A stretch of 21,900 bases of DNA from Candidatus Parcubacteria bacterium (GTDB lineage Bacteria > Patescibacteriota > Minisyncoccia > Phycocordibacterales > UBA918), in the NCBI GenBank assembly GCA_046050355.1, contig JBJOPW010000015.1, forward strand, positions 1-21,900, in the 5' to 3' direction. Within the stretch, counting starts at the first letter, position 1. The number at the start of each line of letters is the position of its first letter. The notes under the pieces were generated by a model that searched no databases, was not told where the DNA came from, and saw only the letters and a list, made by a program, of their open reading frames with translations. Of the stretch, positions 15,544 through 21,900 are shown piece after piece. A program made the translations under genes and the position numbers.

Positions 15544-17004
15544 TTACAAAAGCCAGTCTGCAGCTAGACGCATATGCGCGTCGTACGTGTCTCTAGACAT
15601 GTTTTCAAGTAAACGTGGCATCATGGAGAGACGGGGATTCTTTAAAAAGACCGTTTTATGAGTCGCAATAAAGTGCCAGTAGAGAGCGGTCCATGTTGCC
15701 TCCCAGTCACCCTTCGGGTAGTTGCTCATCTTCTTTATATACGATGCGCCGCTGATATAGGGCTTGGTGGCAAAGCTGCCACCATCGGCAAATTGGCTCA
15801 TGCCATAGACGTTTGGCACCATCACCCAATCATAGGCATCAATGTACATCCCCATGAACCACCGGTAAGCCTCGTCTGGATGTGTGCCCGAGAGAAGCAT
15901 GAGGTTTCCAGCGACCATGAGCCGCTCGATATGGTGCGTGTATCCAAATTGGAGTGCTCGAGAGATTGTAGTATCAAGGGGCAGTATGCCCGTGGTACCC
16001 TCCCACCAACGAGCAGGCAGTGTACGGGTGTGTCCAAAAAAGTTCTTGGTACGCATGGTGCGGCCATCGACCTCGTAGCTGGCGCGAATAAATTCGCGCC
16101 AGCCGATAATTTGCCGGATAAAGCCTTCAAGTGAAGCGATAGGTACGTCGTGTTGCTTTGTATACACGAGCGTGGTGTCGACTACCTGGCGGGGAGTAAG
16201 GAGTCCGATATTGAGAAGTGGCGACAGTACCGAGTGGAATAGTTTGGTGTGTTCGGTTGTCATCGAGTCTTCGTACGGACCAAATGCTGCCAACCGCTCG
16301 ACCAAAAAGTCTGCCAAGTATTCCGTCGCTCCCCCGTGTGTGATTGGTAGGTACCAGGCGGCCTCACCGTATTGTTCGGCTGGCACACGCTTAGCCCAGG
16401 CCACTGCCGCGCCGTACGCTTCCGTCGGCGGATACGGCGTGATGTCCTCGGGTAGGGGGAGTGACTTCGGGAGCTTCTGGCGATTCTCGCTATCAAAGCT
16501 CCACGCACCACCAACCGGTTCGTCTCCGTCCATGAGGATGCCGGTATCTTGGCGCAGCTTTTTGTAGAAGTTCGCCATGAAGCGGCGACTCTTTACAAAT
16601 CGTTCTTTGGCCTCGGCTTTGGGCAAGAGAAAGAGCGGCGACTCGTACCAGGTGCGGGTAAAGCCGTGAGTGGCGCACGCAGTACTAATAGCTTGTTCGA
16701 GGTAATCATCGGTGGTATCGCAAATATGCAGTGTCTGTACCCCATCTTTGGCGATGCGTTTAAAGATCTCTTCAGTAGTCGGGTGTTCGAGTAGTTCAAT
16801 GTAGTGGACAGTAAAGCCAGCCTCTAAGAGCGCCTGTCGGTAGGCCTGCATGGTGAGGCGATGGAGGATGAGCTTCGCCCGGTGGATGGGATTGTGGGTA
16901 AGGAGGAGCGGTTCTTCAATCAGGTACAATGCACGACCTGGGGTAAGGGCAGGGTGATGTGGGATAGCAAATAGCTGATTCGGGTAAATGAGGGTGGCTT
17001 CCAT
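15544..17004 (-). CDS. Cryptochrome/photolyase family protein, bacterial (6-4) photolyase-like, without Fe-S cysteines
   Basis: Start 17004 (MEATLIYPNQLF); GGAWSFDSENR, FGPYED, EGFIRQIIGWREF, YTHHIERLM, DAYDWVMVPNVYGM, TKPYISG. Confidence 0.93.
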   Translation of the reverse strand: MEATLIYPNQLFAIPHHPALTPGRALYLIEEPLLLTHNPIHRAKLILHRLTMQAYRQALLEAGFTVHYIELLEHPTTEEIFKRIAKDGVQTLHICDTTDDYLEQAISTACATHGFTRTWYESPLFLLPKAEAKERFVKSRRFMANFYKKLRQDTGILMDGDEPVGGAWSFDSENRQKLPKSLPLPEDITPYPPTEAYGAAVAWAKRVPAEQYGEAAWYLPITHGGATEYLADFLVERLAAFGPYEDSMTTEHTKLFHSVLSPLLNIGLLTPRQVVDTTLVYTKQHDVPIASLEGFIRQIIGWREFIRASYEVDGRTMRTKNFFGHTRTLPARWWEGTTGILPLDTTISRALQFGYTHHIERLMVAGNLMLLSGTHPDEAYRWFMGMYIDAYDWVMVPNVYGMSQFADGGSFATKPYISGASYIKKMSNYPKGDWEATWTALYWHFIATHKTVFLKNPRLSMMPRLLENMSRDTYDAHMRLAADWLL

Positions 17005-17094
17005 ACGTGTACCGTGAGTATAGCAAACAATCAAAATTAGAGACAAAAGAAAAGCGCGCCACGGGGGGCGCGCCTCAGTCTTAGGGTTCAGGCT

Positions 17095-17295
17095 TCAGCC
17101 AGAGCGACGTCCTTTCCAGGCGCCGACTCTGACGGGGCCTCCCTGGCTGTCGTTGAAATCGGCAAGTCCTTCTTGCACTCGACGCGCTTTCGCATGGGTC
17201 ATGCAGACGACCCGGCCGATTTCTTGTCCGAGAAGCCCCGATTTTGCTGCCATAAGCAACGGATCAACGGCTTCTGTCCTCAAATCATCCGCCAT
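17095..17295 (-). CDS. Hypothetical protein (about 66 aa)
   Basis: AAAGGA SD ahead of ATG 17295 (alternative 17304); TTGACA-16-TAGAGT promoter at 17422-17449; GC hairpin near 17052-17075 downstream. Confidence 0.5.
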   Translation of the reverse strand: MADDLRTEAVDPLLMAAKSGLLGQEIGRVVCMTHAKARRVQEGLADFNDSQGGPVRVGAWKGRRSG

Positions 17296-17524
17296 TTTGA
17301 GCATCCTTTTCTAGGCGGTTTCAGTTTATCGGGGTGTTACCCGACGGTTCTTAGAAAGCAGTGCCCGCAGGCCGTCTGCTTCATGCCTGGTGCTGTCCCT
17401 GTGGCAGCGAGGCATCTAATTACTCTATACCTACCTTAGAGGGTGTCAAGACGCTCCACCGTGATACTTGTGTCTAACTCATTTTTGTGGCATGATACCG
17501 CTCCGCCCAAAAAGGAGAATACCG

Positions 17525-17692
17525 GTGACTGCAGCACAAAAACAAACAACCTTTGCCATGCTCTTGGACAGGACCTCTATCGGAGATACGTTTCAGTGGG
17601 AAGGTGAGTATCACCTGGTGCTGATGGCCGATGATGGTCGACGGTTCACTGTTGTGGTGGCGTATGGCTACCCGCGTAAGCAGGCAGCGTAA
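17525..17692 (+). CDS. Hypothetical protein (55 aa)
   Basis: GTG start with AAGGAG SD (17512-17517); MTAAQKQTTFAMLLDRTSIGDTFQWEG... Confidence 0.65.
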   Translation: MTAAQKQTTFAMLLDRTSIGDTFQWEGEYHLVLMADDGRRFTVVVAYGYPRKQAA

Positions 17693-17769
17693 AGCCAAAG
17701 ACAGCGAGGGGTGGCGAGCGGTCAGGTTCCGCTAGTACCCCTCGCCGTTATAAGGAGAAAACGATAGAC

Positions 17770-18093
17770 ATGAAGATTGTTTTTGATCGGATTCCTCTTG
17801 TATGGGAAGAATCGCTCAAAACTTTGGTGGACGTTTCGATTCGGCAACACGTGGCTGAGCACCATAACGTCTGCCGGACAGTGATCGTGAGACCATATCC
17901 TGCCACTCTGACCATCAATGGCCAACAGTTTCCGCCAGGGACAGGTGTTACGTTGCGGGCAGAGACAGATCATGGACAGATGACGTTTGGTGCTGTGTAT
18001 ACAGAAGACCATTGGCAACTCATTCCAGTCCTTAATACAAAGTGGCCACGGCGTAGACGTGGTACCAATAACGCAGGCTCCGGACTACGATGA
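17770..18093 (+). CDS. Hypothetical protein (107 aa)
   Basis: TAAGGAG at 17751-17757; hairpin plus T-tract at the 3' end. Confidence 0.65.
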   Translation: MKIVFDRIPLVWEESLKTLVDVSIRQHVAEHHNVCRTVIVRPYPATLTINGQQFPPGTGVTLRAETDHGQMTFGAVYTEDHWQLIPVLNTKWPRRRRGTNNAGSGLR

Positions 18094-18290
18094 CCGGGGC
18101 TTTTTATTATAGAAAACGCCACCCGTGAGGAGAGTTCGTGTGGCGTTCTCTCTGTCTAAGGTGGCGTTCAAGGCAAAATTTTTCTTGTAAGTATATGGAA
18201 CCTGGCCTACCTTACCAACGTAAATAATATGTTACGTGGCTTATACGAGATTGGTCAGCCTCGTCTGATTTCCTCACGGCAATTGTATTT

Positions 18291-18324
18291 CCGCCGCGAC
18301 CTAGTGTGGCCGCGGCGGTGGGTG
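18291..18324. repeat. 34-bp palindromic direct repeat, copy 1
   Basis: ccgccgcgacctagtgtggccgcggcggtgggtg, identical to 19119-19152. Confidence 0.95.
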
Positions 18325-18331
18325 GTATACG

Positions 18332-19006
18332 TCATCCAATACAGAGACTAGTATCAACCTTATGGAAGATGGTATCCAAAATCTTTGCCAATGCCGCGTC
18401 ATCATGGACACTGTAGGTTGTGCCGCTGTTGGCCACCATACTATTGGTGAGGTACTGGCCTACCACATCTGTCTTGTTTGTTTCGATTCCGACCTTATAG
18501 AGCACTGTGTCAGGGGGTGGTTGTGTCAGCACGACTCTTCCGGCTTGGTCAGTGATAAAGACGATAGCTGAAGCTGACCACTCAACTTCGTTAATCACCG
18601 CCAGCGCCTTATTCCAGCCCACCTGGTGGTTGGTGCCAATCAGGTTGGTGCGGGAAAGCTCAGCTCTGAGCTTGTCGAGGAACTCCACTCTCTCTCCTTC
18701 TTGATCAAGATCGACCCATTCTGGTCCTCGAGCGGTATCACCCCACATGATATATCCGATAGAGAGCGATGCGCAGCGCTTGAGGTAGTTGTTGACAGCT
18801 GCGCTGATGGCGGCGGTTTGGATCGCCATGTGACTTGATGCCTGTTTGATTGCCGAAATGTGGGACAGATCGGTATGCATACTGTCACTGTGGTCGGCCA
18901 CAATGAGCAAAATCGACTGCACTTCTTTCGTATCGGCCCAAACGGCGTCGCTGCCAAAGACCAAAAAGATCAGTGGCAACATAGAGCGTTTGAAAAGTTT
19001 CAGCAT
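18332..19006 (-). CDS. Secreted von Willebrand factor A domain protein (DUF1194-like)
   Basis: Signal peptide (...AVWA|D), MIDAS DHSDS, GTN, IVFITD; AAGGAGGT SD at 19012-19019 favours ATG 19006 over GTG 19009. Confidence 0.8.
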   Translation of the reverse strand: MLKLFKRSMLPLIFLVFGSDAVWADTKEVQSILLIVADHSDSMHTDLSHISAIKQASSHMAIQTAAISAAVNNYLKRCASLSIGYIMWGDTARGPEWVDLDQEGERVEFLDKLRAELSRTNLIGTNHQVGWNKALAVINEVEWSASAIVFITDQAGRVVLTQPPPDTVLYKVGIETNKTDVVGQYLTNSMVANSGTTYSVHDDAALAKILDTIFHKVDTSLCIG

Positions 19007-19118
19007 CACTGACCTCCTTCAGGTTGTTGTTGCTCGGTACTCTACATACGGTACGCCTATTATCACGTAGTGTAAAGATCTCATGATGTATATGTGGAAA
19101 CTACTGCAAATAGCATTA

Positions 19119-19152
19119 CCGCCGCGACCTAGTGTGGCCGCGGCGGTGGGTG
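19119..19152. repeat. 34-bp palindromic direct repeat, copy 2
   Basis: Identical to 18291-18324; overlaps the stop codon of ORF 19129-19434. Confidence 0.95.
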
Positions 19153-19434
19153 ACGGTTGATGGTGTCGCCTGCTACCGTGATGAGGTCAGCACCAAAGTA
19201 GAATTTGAGATCAAGTTTCAACTTGATCAAGGTTTCTTCTGAACGAAACTCTGGCGGAACGAACGTAGAGTGCCATTCGCCGTTAGGCGAACAGTATCCG
19301 AAGATGGCAACACGTTGACCATCCGCGACTCCGATGAGCAACTCCCTTTCAATGTCATGTTGAGGACATCTTATAGCGACGATTTTTTCTGCCGTCAGAC
19401 AGATGGGTGCGGGTGTCGGCTGTTGGATGTTCAT
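19129..19434 (-). CDS. Hypothetical protein (101 aa)
   Basis: ATG preceded by AGGGAGGGA; TTTACA-16-TACGGT promoter upstream. Confidence 0.7.
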   Translation of the reverse strand: MNIQQPTPAPICLTAEKIVAIRCPQHDIERELLIGVADGQRVAIFGYCSPNGEWHSTFVPPEFRSEETLIKLKLDLKFYFGADLITVAGDTINRHPPPRPH

Positions 19435-19559
19435 GGTTTCCCTCCCTGTAACGTAGAGTCGTTTCTCATATTACCGTAGCAAAAATGGTGAAATTGTAAA
19501 TAGAGCAAAATATGCTACGATAAACATGAAATAAGTCTGGACTTTCAAGGAGTGGACTA

Positions 19560-19874
19560 ATGACACTTACCATCAACAGTGATCGTGTGCTGATCAATCA
19601 CGCTGGTCATGTTTGCGCTATGAGTGAAGAGATCACCAAAGCAATAAGTTGTTACAGTAAAATTGCCACAGCCACCATCACACGAAAAGATCTTTGTGGC
19701 AACGAGGTGCCCCGTATACCCCGCAGGGGAACGCTTTATGTGGTTACCTACACCAACCGAGATGGATCAAAAGTACGTCTACCAGAGCAACTTTTCTTTC
19801 GTATCGAAAAAAGTGTACTGCATGTACATAAAGTTCCAAAGGTCAAATCGCACACACCTGCCCCACATCGATGA
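19560..19874 (+). CDS. Hypothetical protein (104 aa)
   Basis: AAGGAG at 19547-19552; TTGTAA-16-TACGAT promoter at 19494-19521. Confidence 0.7.
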   Translation: MTLTINSDRVLINHAGHVCAMSEEITKAISCYSKIATATITRKDLCGNEVPRIPRRGTLYVVTYTNRDGSKVRLPEQLFFRIEKSVLHVHKVPKVKSHTPAPHR

Positions 19875-20296
19875 TGGGGAGCTTTATGTGTTGATCAGAG
19901 CCATCTACACAGTTTGATTGTCTAAACTAAAGCCCCTCGCATTGACCAAGTGCGAGGGGGAAGGGCACCGAACCCTTATATGGTGAAGCAGAACTCGGAC
20001 CGTTGCCGATAGGTTGACAGCTCTTCCGGTGTAGGGCTATGTCACAAGGACCAGATCAGGGCAAGTGAATGAATCACGTGACCGACCGGTCCTTGGGTCG
20101 GACTTACTCCACTTCAGTAGCCTACTACTAAAATAATAAAGGTCAAATATGAAACTTAAATTCTCATGATACCCATCACTCGACTGGGCGACTAGTTGAG
20201 GGATTTCTTTTGCAAAAATAACCAATTGTGATTCGCGATTGTATGAAAAACGGCCGAGGGGAACCCTCGGCCGTAGCTCATCAGAGCTGAGATCGA

Positions 20297-20524
20297 TTAG
20301 TCGCCAAGCACGTCGCTAATGATATGTCGGCAGCCCTGGCATCGACCGCCACAGTTGCATCCGAGCGCCTTCGTGATTTCCTTGACACTCTGTTCATAGC
20401 TCAGAACAGTTGGATGCTCATGCCTGCTGCGGGGTTCAAAGAACATGCGGACCCCCTTGAAGATCCGTCGCTCCCTCGTTTTGGCTGACGTGGCCATGGC
20501 GGGCTGTGTTGTTGTCATTGACAT
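20297..20524 (-). CDS. Hypothetical small Cys-cluster protein (75 aa)
   Basis: AGAGGA SD before ATG 20524; C-terminal GCNCGGRCQGC; hairpin acggccgaggg/ccctcggccgt downstream. Confidence 0.6.
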   Translation of the reverse strand: MSMTTTQPAMATSAKTRERRIFKGVRMFFEPRSRHEHPTVLSYEQSVKEITKALGCNCGGRCQGCRHIISDVLGD

Positions 20525-20678
20525 GCTAGTCCTCTTTCTTCTGCTTCTTTTCCGACTGTGTACCTGCACGGCCGGAACGCACGATAGTAACTGCGATGTG
20601 AGTCGCTGTCAATTGGGGGATAGTACAGTGTTTGTTTGGTAAGTCCGGAGCCATATCGTCGTCTGATATAGTACAGAT

Positions 20679-21665
20679 ATGAAAAAGCCAAGTGTACAAA
20701 AAGAATTGGTTATCTTTACAACGAAGGAGGGGCAGGTAAAGCTCCGCGGGGATTTTGATCGTGAGACGATTTGGGCGACCCAAGCTGAAATGGCAGAGGT
20801 TTTTGGGGTGTCTCCACAAAATATCACTATGCATTTACGTGGTATATACAAGGACAATGAGTTGGACAAAGAAGCAACTTGTAAGGAATCCTTACAAGTT
20901 CAACTTGAAGGAAATCGTACCGTTCGGCGTACCGTATCGTACTATAACCTTGATGTCATGATTGCCGTTGGTTATCGAATAAATTCGGTCACTGGTACCA
21001 AATTCCGTCAGTGGGCTACGAAGACTTTGCGGGAGCATATTACAAAAGGCTTCACCATTAACCCGAAGCAAATTAAGCAAAACCACGAAGCGTTTTTGGC
21101 GGCGGTCGAAAAAGTAAAAAAGGTGTTACCCGCCACGGGTGCGGTTCCGGGGGAGACGGTCCTTGATCTCGTCTCGCTGTTTGCTGATACCTGGTTCTCA
21201 CTTGATGCCTATGACAAGGAATCCTTGGTACCAAAGAAACCAACCAAAAAGAAAGTTGCCTTGACCGCTGACGCACTCACAACTGGTATTGCTGCTCTCA
21301 AGACTGTGCTCATGAAAGACGGTACGGCCACCGCGAACTTTGCCCAAGAGCGTAATCAAGGAGCGCTTGCAGGTATCGTTGGGAACATCATGCAGACGTT
21401 TGGTGGTAATGCCTTGTATCCGACCATCGAAGGCAAGGCAGCGCACTTGCTCTATTTCATCATCAAAAATCATCCGTTTGTCGATGGTAACAAGCGCTCA
21501 GGAGCGTACGCGTTTGTGTGGTTCCTCGAACGGGCCAAGGTACTTGAACCAGCACGTCTTTCTCCAACCGCTCTCACTGCCCTCACTATTCTCATCGCTG
21601 AAAGTAGTCCAAAAGATAAGGACAAGATTATTGATTTGGTTACGTATCTGATTACTATCAAGTGA
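20679..21665 (+). CDS. RhuM-family / Fic-Doc fusion protein
   Basis: ETIWATQAEMAEVF, YYNLDVMIAVGYRINS, FRQWAT (RhuM); HPFVDGNKRSG (Fic/Doc). Confidence 0.93.
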   Translation: MKKPSVQKELVIFTTKEGQVKLRGDFDRETIWATQAEMAEVFGVSPQNITMHLRGIYKDNELDKEATCKESLQVQLEGNRTVRRTVSYYNLDVMIAVGYRINSVTGTKFRQWATKTLREHITKGFTINPKQIKQNHEAFLAAVEKVKKVLPATGAVPGETVLDLVSLFADTWFSLDAYDKESLVPKKPTKKKVALTADALTTGIAALKTVLMKDGTATANFAQERNQGALAGIVGNIMQTFGGNALYPTIEGKAAHLLYFIIKNHPFVDGNKRSGAYAFVWFLERAKVLEPARLSPTALTALTILIAESSPKDKDKIIDLVTYLITIK

Positions 21666-21666
21666 C

Positions 21667-21789
21667 ATGAAAGATTCAAAGCTTTGTATCCGCTGTGGCA
21701 AATCATTTACGAATCGGAAGAGTTGGAAACTGCGCGGTCAGTGGGAGCAGGTCATCTATTGCAGCGAGCGGTGTAAAGCCAGGAAGTAA
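21667..21789 (+). CDS. DUF2256 family small 4-Cys protein (40 aa; not in ORF track)
   Basis: MKDSKLCIRCGKSFTNRKSWKLRGQWEQVIYCSERCKARK matches the CxxCGxxFxxRKxW...YCSERC pattern. Confidence 0.85.
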   Translation: MKDSKLCIRCGKSFTNRKSWKLRGQWEQVIYCSERCKARK

Positions 21790-21823
21790 ACAAAAGCGGC
21801 GCCCAGGGGTGCCGCTTTTGTTT
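21788..21823. terminator. Bidirectional terminator
   Basis: aaacaaaagcggcgccc ag gggtgccgcttttgttt. Confidence 0.85.
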
Positions 21824-21824
21824 G

Positions 21825-21900
21825 TTAGGACTTTGGCTTTCCGGGAATAAAGTAATTCGTACGATCCATATACGCACGGTAGTCGAGGGGGTATTTCTCG
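21825..21900 (-). CDS. 3' end of a probable DUF1295 / ICMT-like membrane protein (partial)
   Basis: ...EKYPLDYRAYMDRTNYFIPGKPKS* resembles the family's YxxYxxxTxxFIP C-terminus. Confidence 0.6.
   Translation of the reverse strand, partial: EKYPLDYRAYMDRTNYFIPGKPKS

Noticed and set aside
18183-18251. Purine riboswitch-like start (ctcgtataa) on the minus strand
   Set aside because: Lacks the UCUAC junction and the complementary loop-loop motifs; no downstream gene in that orientation.
18291-19152. 34-bp repeats as a CRISPR array
   Set aside because: Only two copies, 794 bp apart, enclosing a gene; no cas genes.
19961-19977. T-arm-like aaggg-ttcggtg-ccctt on the minus strand
   Set aside because: Loop deviates from TTCRANY and no cloverleaf can be built.
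1-21900. Alternative genetic code (UGA as Gly)
   Set aside because: Conserved genes read fully in code 11 with no internal TGA, and TGA ends the RhuM-Fic gene at the expected length.

Overview
This window is from a bacterium with Patescibacteria/CPR (Parcubacteria-like) hallmarks: rpmD (L30) is missing between rpsE and rplO, the standard code is used, and housekeeping genes lack Shine-Dalgarno (SD) sites. It holds the spc r-protein cluster (rplN to secY, split after rplE by an inserted gene), a nucleotide kinase cluster (cmk, two adk-like genes, ndk) with map, a 6S RNA, a beta-CASP nuclease, a MAPEG protein, infC-rpmI-rplT, an Fe-S-less (6-4) photolyase-like gene, an island of small orphan genes, RhuM-Fic, DUF2256 and the end of a DUF1295-like gene. 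The most striking observation is two translation classes. Housekeeping genes are SD-less or leaderless, while about ten orphan genes carry SD-like sites. An unannotated three-hairpin sRNA candidate (9671-9765) shows anti-SD CUCCC(U) loops, suggesting an sRNA-controlled SD regulon. Also found: two CCCGTTAGA...TCTAACGGG mini-elements (one duplicates a start codon), a 34-bp palindromic direct repeat bracketing a VWA gene, an attenuator-like leader peptide and an unannotated Flp-type prepilin. All calls are by eye; no searches or folding were run.
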